Assembly: GCA_963827685.1 (NCBI GenBank)
Contig: CAWHBU010000007.1
Location: 96,001 to 160,000 of the forward strand
DNA from: an uncultured delta proteobacterium
Lineage (GTDB): Bacteria; Desulfobacterota; BSN033; UBA1163
Reading direction: 5' to 3'
Length of the DNA stretch: 64,000 nucleotides
The notes under the pieces are model-generated. The model saw only the letters and a program-made list of their open reading frames with translations, searched no databases and was not told where the DNA came from. Each line of letters starts with the position of its first letter. Within the stretch, counting starts at the first letter, position 1. Positions 31,041 through 41,320 of this stretch are shown here, one piece after another. Position numbers and translations under genes: made by a program.

Positions 31041-31230
31041 TGGAACAATAAACAAAAAGTGAGAATAAGAAGCCTGATCATTATGCAGCGGCGGCATTTA
31101 TTGCCGACGGACTCCGTCCCCAATAAATGGGGACGCTACAAATCCTTATTTCCGATGGAATAGATTGAATATCAAGGATCTTAGGCTGATGATTCCGCAA
31201 TCCCCATTCCGAAATCCGAAATATGAAGAC

Positions 31231-32258
31231 ATGATCAATTTTGCAAGAGAGGCCCTGGGGCTTTCAGCGTCCGTCTCAATAGAACTTTCTCCTTTGGAAG
31301 GGCGAGGTTCGGACCGAACTTTCTTCAGGCTGAAATGGAACCGCAACGATTCGGCCATTCTGGTTCATTACGATCCGAAGCGTATGGAGAACGCATACTA
31401 CGCCGACACTTCGGTATTTCTCCGTGAGATAGATGTTCCGGCACCCCGGTTGATCCGCCACGATCCGGCCAGCTATCTCATTGTCATGGAAGACCTTGGG
31501 GATACGGACCTCTGGTCTTTCAGGAAAAACTCCTGGGAAATTCGAAGGACTCTTTACCAAAAGACGCTCACGGTCGTGCACAGACTTCATTCCTTCCCCA
31601 AGGATGACTTCCCTTCGGGCCGTGTGAGGCTCATGGAGGGCTTTGGTCCAGATCTCTACCGCTGGGAACGGGATTACTTCAAAGATCATTTTGTCAGGGA
31701 TGTCTGCGGGATCAAACTTGGGCCTTCCTTCGAGCGGGAACTTGAGGCAGAGCTTTTAGCTCTGGCAGATCGGCTGGCAGGGACGATGCGCTGTCTCGTA
31801 CACCGGGATCTTCAATCCCAGAACGTGATGATCCGTGACGGAGAACCCTTCCTCATCGACTTCCAGGGAATGCGCTTCGGAAGCCCGTTCTACGATCTTG
31901 GCTCGCTTCTCTGCGATCCCTATGCTAATTTTTCCAGTAGTGAGCGTGACGATCTCTTATCTTTCTATTTCGGGCTGTGGAGCCTGCAGGCGGAATCCTG
32001 ACTAAGGTCGAAGGATCAAAAAGGGATCTGGATTGGATCACCTTCCAGAATCATTTCTGGGAAGCCTCGGCACAGCGCCTCATGCAAGCCCTCGGGGCCT
32101 ATGGATTTTTGGGCCTTAACAAAGGGCTTAACGCTTTTCTCGAACATACTCCTGCTGGACTTCAAAACCTTCACCATGCGGCCTCACAGGCGGCATCCCT
32201 CCCCCGACTCCGGGAGCTCTCCACAGAATGCCAGAGGGCGATCGAACAAAAGGGATAG
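31231..32258 (+). pseudogene. AmgK-like phosphotransferase split by a 38-nt insertion
   Basis: GSDR, HRDLQSQN and IDFQ motifs; C-terminal QRLMQALGAYG in another frame. Confidence 0.7.
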
Positions 32259-32486
32259 AACGTCTCTTGCTTATGCTAAGGTCTGATAGGGACAAAAGAT
32301 GGCGAGTATTAGAAATCAAGCACGGTCTGTTAAAATGTCTGCCTGTGAAGCATGAGTAAATATCCGTCTTCCCTAAGGCAATTTGGCGATGGGTTCCAAT
32401 TGGATGCCCTGGGATATTAGGAGTTTTTCAAAGGGGACGACTTGCTTAGGGTTAAGGCTGATTGCCATGATAAGCCCCCCACTGAA

Positions 32487-32828
32487 TCATGCTGAAAGTT
32501 GAGTTGTTTCGCAGCCAATATATTTCAATAAGCCAGCAATATAATTCCCCCATGTCGGCACCAGTTTATCAATTTCATATGCGAGCAAAGCTATTTCCCC
32601 ATTGTGAAATTTATTGTGCACTTCTTCCAGCTTCTGATATTTCAAGGGCCACGTTATTTTCCCTGATTGATTAATCACATAAAAAGTTCTTCGCTTTTCA
32701 TCAATGTCAACGATCTGCAACAAGTTAAGGCCATCCGCCGCCCAAAATTTAGTTTCTTTATCCTTCATCTCCTTTAATTTTTCCCAGCTAAAAGAGCACT
32801 TCGAAAAAATCTCTATTATTTTCCCCAT
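32487..32828 (-). CDS. Hypothetical protein
   Basis: 113-aa ORF with AAGGGGG RBS. Confidence 0.55.
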   Translation of the reverse strand: MGKIIEIFSKCSFSWEKLKEMKDKETKFWAADGLNLLQIVDIDEKRRTFYVINQSGKITWPLKYQKLEEVHNKFHNGEIALLAYEIDKLVPTWGNYIAGLLKYIGCETTQLSA

Positions 32829-32954
32829 AATTCCCCCTTGTTCCTCCCCGGCCCCCCTGTAAACCTTCTACCCCATTCTGTCTCCATAGACCCCTGAATG
32901 TTGGGCATAGTCTTGCCATTTCCTTGTATGGAGTAAAGCCAATTTCTTATCATG

Positions 32955-33063
32955 GATCCCCATGGGCAAGCCCGTGGTACCAGCCTAAACACCCCTTTGG
33001 GGCGAACATCCCGCAGCAGCAGAGGACCAATTCACCCACGGGTAAACTCGTGGTCCTCTTGGT
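32955..33063. mobile_element. Non-autonomous IS200/IS605-like remnant (two end hairpins)
   Basis: CCCCATGGGCAAGCCCGTGG and CCCACGGGTAAACTCGTGG about 57 bp apart, no transposase gene. Confidence 0.5.
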
Positions 33064-33189
33064 GTTGGGATCGATGATGAACAGATCCGGCCTTTTGAGG
33101 AGATCATGCTAAGAGATTCTTCTTGGCCCTCCACTCAGGGAAATCTTGAGATGTCTCCTCACACATTGCTATCCAAACTTCAAACACGA

Positions 33190-33579
33190 TCATTGTGAAA
33201 GGTTGCCTAAAAACTTCTTCAACTTGGTCATCTCTTCTGGAGGGATATCAATAAATTTTACTCCACACCGATAATCCCCCCAGCCTTCACCCAAATGGAT
33301 GTCTTTCCAAACCACCTCCGTCAGCACTTCGATGATATTCAATTTAGAGCCTAAAGGGAGAAAGAGTTTCAACCTTAGATATTGACTGACCTCCATTTGT
33401 TCGGGGAAATAAATCAGCAACCCCCCCTCGCTGATACTGAGACCTCGGCCAGTATGACCGATGGATGAGTCGATTCGATAATATTCTATCGGCAGATCGA
33501 TATTAAATCGAGGATATCTTCTTCTTTCAAGATTGACAATTCCCGTCCGGGGTTTGGTTTCTTTTTCTTCCTTTTCCAT
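33190..33579 (-). CDS. PilZ domain protein
   Basis: ERRRYPR and ISEGG motifs. Confidence 0.85.
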   Translation of the reverse strand: MEKEEKETKPRTGIVNLERRRYPRFNIDLPIEYYRIDSSIGHTGRGLSISEGGLLIYFPEQMEVSQYLRLKLFLPLGSKLNIIEVLTEVVWKDIHLGEGWGDYRCGVKFIDIPPEEMTKLKKFLGNLSQ

Positions 33580-33745
33580 GGACGTGTCTACCTTTTGGTA
33601 GAAGCCTACTAAATTTCTCTGAAGGGGTCAACAAGAATTTAGGTTTCTTTTGGGTCTGCCGGTCTTTTCCCATCCGAAGTTTTTTGATATAATTTGAAGT
33701 AAACCCAGGCTTCAGACTTTCTTCACAAGGCGGAAAATAAAAACG

Positions 33746-33934
33746 ATGGATACGATTGAGTATTTCTCAGACTTTCTCAGGAAAATAGGGGCTCCGAATT
33801 TCTTAGTCATCGGCATCGTCATCATTGTCATTTGGCTCTTGATCTCAGGCTTCAGAAAAGAGTTGAAAAGAAGAGACCGGGATAAAGGACCAGCACAAAA
33901 CGAAGAGAACAAAAACGAAGATTTATCTGAATAA
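33746..33934 (+). CDS. Small single-TM protein
   Basis: 62 aa; hydrophobic helix followed by a charged tail. Confidence 0.55.
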   Translation: MDTIEYFSDFLRKIGAPNFLVIGIVIIVIWLLISGFRKELKRRDRDKGPAQNEENKNEDLSE

Positions 33935-33985
33935 GCCTCCCGTCGCAAATCTCTTGTGAATGGGAAGGAACGCTAAGAGGCTGCC

Positions 33986-35053
33986 TTAAGATTGTTTTTT
34001 GAAGATCCTCCAGGAGAGGAGAAAGGAGACCGTCAGGGCGATTAACATTCCTGACATGGAGAAGAAAAAGAAAAGAAGGATCAGCCTTTCCTTCATTAAA
34101 GCATATTTACTCTCCAACATCCCCACGTAAAGCATCCCGACAATCTTATCTTGAATGTCTCGAATGGGTTCGTAGGCCGTGATATACCAATCATCCACAA
34201 CAAATGCCCTTTGAATCCATGGCAGTCCCCTTCCGAGAACCTGCTCATAAACTTCTCTACTCACTCGTGTTCCGATTGCGCGATTTCCTTCCTTATCCAT
34301 GACATTGGTCGATATTCTCAGATCTCCTAAAAAGATGGTGGCTGTCCCAATTTCTTTCCCTTTGTACTGAGCATCTTTGAAAACGATGTTTTTGATCCGA
34401 TCGACAATCTCATAATTCTGGTTCAGGAGCACTCCTCCTGTCAAGACACCGATCACCTCTCCATTGAAATCAAGAATGGGATAGGCCGATCTCAATACCA
34501 TTCCGGAAGTCTCTTCTATTTCTCTCGCTGGTTTTTCTCTGGGGACGGGAATCGATCGAATGATGGCCTTCTGGGTCAAGCTCCTCCCTTCCTTCGACAA
34601 CTCATCTCCTGAGAAAACCTGGGTCCCTGAGATCTCTTTCTTCTCCAGGGCCATCTTAATAAAGGGATCTTTGAGCAAACTGTCTCCTGATACCGGAGGG
34701 TTATGAAATCTAAATATGACCACCCCATTTCGATTGACCAATGTTAGGAAATCAAGTCCCTCTTCAGCTATCAGTCCTTCGAGTTCATTCCGGATAGGAG
34801 AGATGTTCTTCTCCTTCAGTCCCTTTTTCAGCACATGCCTGATCGCTGTCCAGCGGATCGTCCGGTCAATTTCTCTAATTTTTGAAGTAAAGACATATCG
34901 GGCTGTATTGAGATCTTCTTTGACCCTCTCCTGTGCTTCAAAGATAATCTGATTGGTGATGAGGGAGTTGACGATGATGCTTGTTACAACGCCTATTAAA
35001 CAGGCAACAGCTAAAAAGAAGAGGGCTAATCGAGTTCTTGTAAAGATCTTCAT
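33986..35053 (-). CDS. Cache-domain membrane sensor without an output domain
   Basis: TM-Cache-TM; TIF..D.RISTNV...G.RAIGT and YITAYEPI motifs. Confidence 0.75.
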   Translation of the reverse strand: MKIFTRTRLALFFLAVACLIGVVTSIIVNSLITNQIIFEAQERVKEDLNTARYVFTSKIREIDRTIRWTAIRHVLKKGLKEKNISPIRNELEGLIAEEGLDFLTLVNRNGVVIFRFHNPPVSGDSLLKDPFIKMALEKKEISGTQVFSGDELSKEGRSLTQKAIIRSIPVPREKPAREIEETSGMVLRSAYPILDFNGEVIGVLTGGVLLNQNYEIVDRIKNIVFKDAQYKGKEIGTATIFLGDLRISTNVMDKEGNRAIGTRVSREVYEQVLGRGLPWIQRAFVVDDWYITAYEPIRDIQDKIVGMLYVGMLESKYALMKERLILLFFFFSMSGMLIALTVSFLLSWRIFKKQS

Positions 35054-35174
35054 GCTTTTAACTTATCAGAAATAAAGGGGAAGGTAAATAGAAAAATTTT
35101 GCTTGATAGATTATTTTCTATTTGTTAAATATTTTGTGAAAAAATTCTTTAGTTTTAGAATGGGGGTATAATCC

Positions 35175-36908
35175 ATGAAACCATACTTTGAAAAGATGAC
35201 CGATTTTGGTAAAGCCTTGACTGAGCAACAGATTAAGCAGGCAGATGAAAATGTTCAAAAAATTAAGCAAGTTGAAAAAACAATTGCAGAAGCCGTGGAA
35301 AAAGTGAAAAAAGCGGGTCTCGCCACGGAGGAGATTAATAAGAGAGGAGAGATGACCGTATACCAGAGGCTTGAATATTTGCTGGATCCTGGCACATGGT
35401 GCCCTTTACATACCCTCTTCGACCCGATGGAAGAAGAATCGGGAACAACCGGCGTGGTGGATGGACTGGGTAGAATCAGTGGAAAATGGGCTGTCGTCAT
35501 CGGCTTCGACAATAAGGTTATGGCTGGAGCCTGGATTGCGGGTCAATCAGAAAATATTTTGAGAGTCACGGATATGGCAAAGCGCCTTCACCTCCCTCTG
35601 GTCTGGTTAGTTAATTGTAGCGGCGTGAAACTCCCTGAACAGGAAAAGGTGTACGCCAACCGCAGAGGAAGTGGAACCACTTTCTTTAGACATGCTGAAC
35701 TGGAGAAATTGGGCATTCCTGTCCTGGCAGGGATCTATGGAACCAATCCCGCGGGCGGAGGATACCAAGGGGTCAGTCCCACGATCCTCTTAGCTCATAA
35801 GAACTGCAACATTGCTGTCGGGGGTGGCGGTATTGTCAGCGGGATGAGCCCAAAAGGTTTTTTTGATGAAGAAGGGGCTGAGCAGATTATCGGGGCCACG
35901 AGAAAATTCAAATCTGTTCCTCCTGGTCGTGTGGAGATTCATTACGACTCCACAGGCTTCTTCAAGGCTGTCTTTGAAAAGGAAGAAGGGGTATTGGATG
36001 CCCTGAAAGGATACATGAAGTATCTTCCAGCTTATGATCCTAAATTCTTCAGGGTCGCTGACCCGAAAGAACCCAAATTTTCTCCTCAGGAAATCAACTA
36101 TCTCATCGCCTTCAATCAAAAGCTTGCCTATAATTTTGATCAAGTCCTCGCCAGGCTGACGGATAACAGTGAACATATGGAATTCAGGCCTGGTTACGGT
36201 CCTGAGGTTTATACGGGGTTGGCAAAAATCGACGGTTTCTTGGTTGGAATCATTGGCAATCGGCAGGGATTCCTACCCAAGGGATATCCTGAATATGCCC
36301 CTTATCCGGGCGTTGGTGGAAAGCTTTACCGCCAGGGCCTCATCAAGATGAACGAATTCGTTACCGAATGCGGGAGAGACAGGGTCCCCATCATCTGGTT
36401 TCAGGATACGACTGGCATCGATGTAGGAGACATCGCAGAAAAAGCCGAGCTCCTCGGATTGGGGCAATCCCTCATTTACTCCATCGAGCAATCCAATCTC
36501 CCCATGATGTGCATCATCTTAAGAAAGGGGACAGCCGCTGCCCATTACATCATGGGAGGCCCCCAGGCGAACAATAATAATGTGTTTACGTTGGGCACCC
36601 CCACCACAGAGATTTATGTCATGCACGGTGAAACCGCAGCCGTTGCCTCTTTTGCAAGAAGACTGGTAAAAGAAAAAGATTCCAACCGTCCACTCAAGCC
36701 CATCATTGATAAGATGAATGCCCTGGCACAGGAATACTATGATAAGTCAAGGCCCGTTTATTGTGCGCAAAAAGGGTTGGTCGACGCGCTTGTCTCTTTT
36801 GCGGATATGAGAAAATATATGGTGGCGTTCGCGGGCTCTGCCTATCAAAATCCCGTCTCCATCTGCCCTCACCACCACATGATGATTCCGAGACTGATCA
36901 AAGGATAG
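35175..36908 (+). CDS. gcdA: Glutaconyl-CoA decarboxylase alpha (carboxyltransferase) subunit
   Basis: CSGV, GTNPAGGGY, QDTTGIDVG and RKGTAAAHY motifs. Confidence 0.85.
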   Translation: MKPYFEKMTDFGKALTEQQIKQADENVQKIKQVEKTIAEAVEKVKKAGLATEEINKRGEMTVYQRLEYLLDPGTWCPLHTLFDPMEEESGTTGVVDGLGRISGKWAVVIGFDNKVMAGAWIAGQSENILRVTDMAKRLHLPLVWLVNCSGVKLPEQEKVYANRRGSGTTFFRHAELEKLGIPVLAGIYGTNPAGGGYQGVSPTILLAHKNCNIAVGGGGIVSGMSPKGFFDEEGAEQIIGATRKFKSVPPGRVEIHYDSTGFFKAVFEKEEGVLDALKGYMKYLPAYDPKFFRVADPKEPKFSPQEINYLIAFNQKLAYNFDQVLARLTDNSEHMEFRPGYGPEVYTGLAKIDGFLVGIIGNRQGFLPKGYPEYAPYPGVGGKLYRQGLIKMNEFVTECGRDRVPIIWFQDTTGIDVGDIAEKAELLGLGQSLIYSIEQSNLPMMCIILRKGTAAAHYIMGGPQANNNNVFTLGTPTTEIYVMHGETAAVASFARRLVKEKDSNRPLKPIIDKMNALAQEYYDKSRPVYCAQKGLVDALVSFADMRKYMVAFAGSAYQNPVSICPHHHMMIPRLIKG

Positions 36909-36940
36909 AAATTATACTTTCGGCAGGTCAGGACATAATG

Positions 36941-36973
36941 AAAAGGTCCCGTTTTATGGCGGGAGCTTTTATT
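36941..36973 (+). terminator. Probable intrinsic terminator
   Basis: TCCCGTT/GGCGGGA hairpin followed by T-rich sequence. Confidence 0.5.
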
Positions 36974-37095
36974 TTGCTTCACCGATCTAAGAGATTCGCT
37001 CCTGAATGATCTCCCACACCCATCTCATCTGATCTCACCGAGCTTGCATTGAATTTCATACTGAATTAATTTAGAATTAATAACGGAGGAGTAAG

Positions 37096-37644
37096 ATGGA
37101 AAAACGATTACAGTGTTTCTTACTTTTCTTTCTCTTTCTGCTTTTCACGGGTTGTGCTCATGTCATTTCGAAGGATTTAAGGACGAAGTCAGATCTCTCT
37201 CTTACGCTTGCTCAGGTCCGTCAGAATCCAGACGCCTTTAAAGGAAAATGGGTGGTATGGGGTGGTGAGATCATCGAGGCGGTCAATCAACAAGATGGAA
37301 CCACACAGGTTGAAATATTCCAGAGACCTCTGGGCTGGAGGGGAGAGCCCAAACAAACCACTTACTCAGAAGGAAGATTTTTAATTGTCGCTGATAACTA
37401 TTTAGATCCTTACGTCTTCCGGAGAGGGAGAAAGATCACAGTAGCCGGTGAAATCACAGGAGGGAAGATCAAACCTCTCGGTGAGATGGAGTACCGATAC
37501 CCCGTTGTCTCGGGCAAACAGATCTATCTTTGGCCTGTTTACTATTACCAACCCTATCCCTATTACTATTATTACCCATGGTGGGGTTATCCTTATTGGT
37601 GGGGATTCGGAACTGGGGTCGGTTTCCAGCATCATCACCATTGA
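37096..37644 (+). CDS. Slp family outer-membrane lipoprotein
   Basis: FTGC lipobox; WGG.I, GRF, LDP and ITVAG motifs. Confidence 0.85.
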   Translation: MEKRLQCFLLFFLFLLFTGCAHVISKDLRTKSDLSLTLAQVRQNPDAFKGKWVVWGGEIIEAVNQQDGTTQVEIFQRPLGWRGEPKQTTYSEGRFLIVADNYLDPYVFRRGRKITVAGEITGGKIKPLGEMEYRYPVVSGKQIYLWPVYYYQPYPYYYYYPWWGYPYWWGFGTGVGFQHHHH

Positions 37645-37780
37645 TTCTATCTCCCTGATCTATCCTTTCCAGTTGCTAAAAGAGATCTTGGGAGGAGAGA
37701 AACCCTTTCAGAAATTCCACAAGCCTAGGTTGACAGATTCGTCCTCGTCAGTTATAAACCTTTACCATAAAGGATTACCC

Positions 37781-38248
37781 ATGGCACGAAGTCCCATCAC
37801 GCGCAACGGATATAATCATCTCCATAAAGAATTGGAGAATATGAAGAAGGTCATCCGCCCTCGAGTGATCAAGGCCATTGAGGAGGCACGTGCCCATGGA
37901 GACCTCAACGAGAATGCAGAATATGTGGCAGCCAAGGAACAGCAATCGTTCGTTGAAAAGAAGATCCGAGAGATTGAGCAGAAGTTGGCCAATTCTGAGA
38001 TTATAGATAGCATCAGTCTTCCAAATGGAAAAGTGGGCTTTGGCTCTGTGGTCACTTTAGAAAACCTCAATAACGCAGGCAAAGTTACCTATCAGATCGT
38101 CGGACCTGACGAATCAGATATCTCATCTGGAAAGATTTCAATTGCTTCACCCCTGGGTAAGGCTTTAATTGGAAAGGAAGTGGAGGATGAGGTGACCGTA
38201 CAGACCCCGGGGGGAGCCAAGAACTATACGATATTGAAAATCGCCTGA
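37781..38248 (+). CDS. greA: Transcription elongation factor GreA
   Basis: HGDLNENAEY and SPLGKAL motifs. Confidence 0.95.
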   Translation: MARSPITRNGYNHLHKELENMKKVIRPRVIKAIEEARAHGDLNENAEYVAAKEQQSFVEKKIREIEQKLANSEIIDSISLPNGKVGFGSVVTLENLNNAGKVTYQIVGPDESDISSGKISIASPLGKALIGKEVEDEVTVQTPGGAKNYTILKIA

Positions 38249-38454
38249 AGCAGACTTACCACATTAGGGAATATCGCATGCTACCAATAAAAAATAGTAA
38301 AGAACCGCTTTGTAAAGGTTGGGAAGCATGCCCAACCGCCTTTTCAATGTAACATTAAGATTATCTTTACATCTTAACCCATGTCAGTCACCCCTTTGTG
38401 CAACTTCATTGTCCTGGCAGCTTATCACTCATCCTAAAATATTTTTCTTTCTTT

Positions 38455-39828
38455 TCAGTTATAAAATTGAAGATAGAGGATAAAGGTGGCGATGCCCAAT
38501 GTCAGCATTGAGACGATCACACCAGGTTTGATCCACTGGCCGAAAGTAATATGACCCATTTTTTGCCGTTCAATAATGCCGATGGCCACAATATTGGCTG
38601 TGCTTCCAATCATAGTTAGATTCCCGAATAATGTCCCACCAAAAAGTATTCCCCACCAATAAGGGGTGACATCAATTCCTGTCTTCGCAATATCTTGGAT
38701 AATGGGAATAAACGTCGCCACAGCTAACACATTGTCCATGAATCCTGTTAGAATGCCACTCGTCCAGGTGAGTATGAGGAAAAGAATCTTGGGATTTCCA
38801 CCTGCCCATGAAGTAAGAGATTTCGCAATCACTTCCGTTGTCCCCGCATATTTGAGAGTTCCCACAGAAGCAAAAAGCATCATGAAAAAGCTCAGTGTCC
38901 ACCAATCCACTCTTCTTTCGACCAACTCCCTGGCCCGTTCCCTCTCGAGAACAAGGCTGATTCCGGCAGATAAGAGGGCTGTCCCGATGAGGAGGGTATT
39001 TTTCTCCAAGCCTAATACCTTTTCTAACGATGCATGGAGGACCAATCCCGCTATCGTTCCAATAAAAAGAAAGAAGCAGATAAACCACCGACAACAATTT
39101 TTTCTTGGAGGAACTTCCTCCTTTTCCAAGTCTTTCCCCTTCATTCTCTGTTTCCAACTCCGAATCTCCTTTGAGTAATAAAGAAGGGAAAGCGGGATGG
39201 TCACCAAAAGCGCACACGATGAAATAGGAGATGCCCAGCGCAAAAAATCCTGGAAGGTGAAACCCGCTCTCATCGCAATCATGACGCCGATGGGGTTCCC
39301 AACCACGGTGGCACTCGATCCGATATTGGTGGCGAAGACCTGGATGATCACAAAGGGAATCGGATTGACACCGAAGCGGGATGTCAGATGGATCATCGTG
39401 GCCGTCATAAATAGGATGGAGGTAACCTCATCGACTAACGCAGCCGATATCGCGCCCGCCACCATGAGCGTGGTCACGAGAAATACGGGCCTCGGTCCGA
39501 CGTATCGGATCAGGGTATTGACCAGAGATTCGAAGAAGTGGTTTTCCTCGAGATATCCGACAAAAATCATCATCCCGATCAAAAAGAGAATGATGTCCAG
39601 CCCGGCGAATTTAATGAGATTGGAAATATCAAGAAGGCCAAAGGCCAAAAGCAGGGAAATCCCGATCAATGCGAAAGGAAGCCGAAATGGCCAGAAGAGA
39701 ATCGTTCCAAAGATGACCATGAAGAAGATGGAAAGAGAAAGAACCTGGGTTGACGAGAATCCGACCAGAGAAGAGAGGAGGCTCACCCCTAGAATAATCA
39801 ATACATAGACCATTCCTTTGCAGACCAT
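38455..39828 (-). CDS. ArsB/NhaD (IT superfamily) permease, candidate Na+/H+ antiporter
   Basis: VDEVT, NIGSSAT.VGNP, DNV and GNLT.IGSTAN motifs. Confidence 0.8.
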   Translation of the reverse strand: MVCKGMVYVLIILGVSLLSSLVGFSSTQVLSLSIFFMVIFGTILFWPFRLPFALIGISLLLAFGLLDISNLIKFAGLDIILFLIGMMIFVGYLEENHFFESLVNTLIRYVGPRPVFLVTTLMVAGAISAALVDEVTSILFMTATMIHLTSRFGVNPIPFVIIQVFATNIGSSATVVGNPIGVMIAMRAGFTFQDFLRWASPISSCALLVTIPLSLLYYSKEIRSWKQRMKGKDLEKEEVPPRKNCCRWFICFFLFIGTIAGLVLHASLEKVLGLEKNTLLIGTALLSAGISLVLERERARELVERRVDWWTLSFFMMLFASVGTLKYAGTTEVIAKSLTSWAGGNPKILFLILTWTSGILTGFMDNVLAVATFIPIIQDIAKTGIDVTPYWWGILFGGTLFGNLTMIGSTANIVAIGIIERQKMGHITFGQWIKPGVIVSMLTLGIATFILYLQFYN

Positions 39829-39852
39829 AAGTGTTACCCTTTCGGCAGAAAA

Positions 39853-40059
39853 TTATTGGACCTTCGGTTCAGAAGTAATACAGATTTTGCCTTCTTTCTC
39901 ATCAACCCACATTTCCTGGCCGATTTCGATCAACAGCTTGACCACTTTGTACCATGGAAACCTATTTGGCTTTAACACCTTGATTTCCAACCCGCCATAT
40001 ACCGAGTTAACCTTACCGGTATCTTTTACCATCTCCTTCAATCGCTCTTCCGGATCCAT
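39853..40059 (-). CDS. Small hypothetical protein
   Basis: 68 aa, GAGGTG RBS, directly upstream of the permease. Confidence 0.6.
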   Translation of the reverse strand: MDPEERLKEMVKDTGKVNSVYGGLEIKVLKPNRFPWYKVVKLLIEIGQEMWVDEKEGKICITSEPKVQ

Positions 40060-40321
40060 CCCTGGTCACCTCTTAATAAAACGACTATCGTCCCGTTCAC
40101 CCCGTCGGTTATATAACTAATCTCTTCCACGGTTTACACTTTAATTTCTTGTAGATCTGAGTTTGATTTATCATTCACCTTAGGATTTTGTGTCATACGT
40201 CACGGGCAAGACAAAAGGCTTCAATTTCATTGATCTACTTTAGCATATTTCTTCATCTGAAGCGGCAAATTCAAGTAAAATCAGAACGCCCCGTCCAATA
40301 GGGGGCTTCCTACTTATTCCC

Positions 40322-40693
40322 TTACTTCACAGAGAACATTTCTGAAGTCCCGTGGTATTTTGGCCTCCGCTCGGAAAAAATCCGGACCTTACACTGCGTC
40401 GAATCCACTTTGGGAACCCTCCATAAATGCCTCCCGCTGTTGGGTACATTTTCTTCCATTTTCTCCCACGATTTGCCTCCATCTTTCGAGAACTCCACCG
40501 TCACCATCGCTCCAAATTCGGATTCCATGGGTTCCGCTTTCCATAGGATTTGGTAAAAGTCTCCTGCCTTAAAGATGTCGTTTGCTTTGGGGCTCAAAAT
40601 AGTAATCCCCTTGTCCGGTAGAGGCTCAGATGAACAACCTATAAAAATTGTCAAGGTAACCGCAAAAAATAATGGAATAAGTTTGTTTCTCAT
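40322..40693 (-). CDS. Lipoprotein with Ig-like domain
   Basis: FIGC lipobox; I.SP...GD...I.W and S.DGG.SW patterns. Confidence 0.65.
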   Translation of the reverse strand: MRNKLIPLFFAVTLTIFIGCSSEPLPDKGITILSPKANDIFKAGDFYQILWKAEPMESEFGAMVTVEFSKDGGKSWEKMEENVPNSGRHLWRVPKVDSTQCKVRIFSERRPKYHGTSEMFSVK

Positions 40694-40762
40694 CAGTTTC
40701 TCCCTTCTGTAAATTTTTTCCATCCTTGGAATTTCATATGCCCTCATTTCAAGAAAGATCCC

Positions 40763-40888
40763 TTATTCTGAAAAAAGTATGAATCTCAATATAATGATTA
40801 ATGCTATCCCAAGAGTGATTAACATGACCAACATTGGGACTGATGACTCCCTTTTTTCTTCCCTTTTTTCCTCCTTCTTTTCCCCCAT
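40763..40888 (-). CDS. 41-aa membrane microprotein MGEKKEEKREEKRESSVPMLVMLITLGIALIIILRFILFSE
   Basis: AAGGAG RBS, charged N-terminus plus TM helix; second copy at 47428-47553. Confidence 0.6.
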   Translation of the reverse strand: MGEKKEEKREEKRESSVPMLVMLITLGIALIIILRFILFSE

Positions 40889-41017
40889 CTTATTTATCTC
40901 CTTTCCGGTCCCTGCGGTATGCTGCATCCTTCATTTCCATCTTTCAGTTGTCAGAAATATGGTCATGATCTTGATCGCTTTTCTCTTTTTCGGGATATCC
41001 GCATCCCTTGATTAAAT

Positions 41018-41116
41018 AAAAAAAGCCGCTACCCGAAATTTTACTTTCGGATAGCGGCCCGACCATCCAGTCTTTTAACCTCCAGAAATATTCTGAGATA
41101 TTTCTGGACCCCATTA
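41018..41116 (-). ncRNA. nhaA-I-like (Li+/Na+) riboswitch candidate with overlapping terminator (UGGUCGGGCCGC variant)
   Basis: GGGU-hairpin-AGGUU..GAUGGUCGGGCCGC; the 3' end is the 5' arm of a terminator with U7. Confidence 0.65.
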
Positions 41117-41221
41117 TCTTCTTATTTGATTGTATATCCTTACCGATGCCAGTAAATCAGCCCAGCAAGTCAATGGTGAACCTTTCCAAAAATTAGGTCC
41201 AGGGTCTTTCTTCAGTCCAAT

Positions 41222-41320
41222 AAAAAAGCCGCTGCCCGAAATTTCGCTTTCGGACAGCGGCCCGACTATCCTGTTTTTTAACCTCCAGAAATATATTAGT
41301 ATTTCTGGACCCATCAAACC
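41222..41320 (-). ncRNA. nhaA-I-like riboswitch candidate with overlapping terminator (UAGUCGGGCCGC variant)
   Basis: Same architecture, first unit of the tandem; TTGACA promoter at 41358-41363. Confidence 0.65.

Noticed and set aside
40779-41015. Plus-strand ORF MNLNIMINAIP.. (also 47444-47719)
   Set aside because: Antisense shadow of the duplicated minus-strand module, which carries the promoter, RBS and TM peptide
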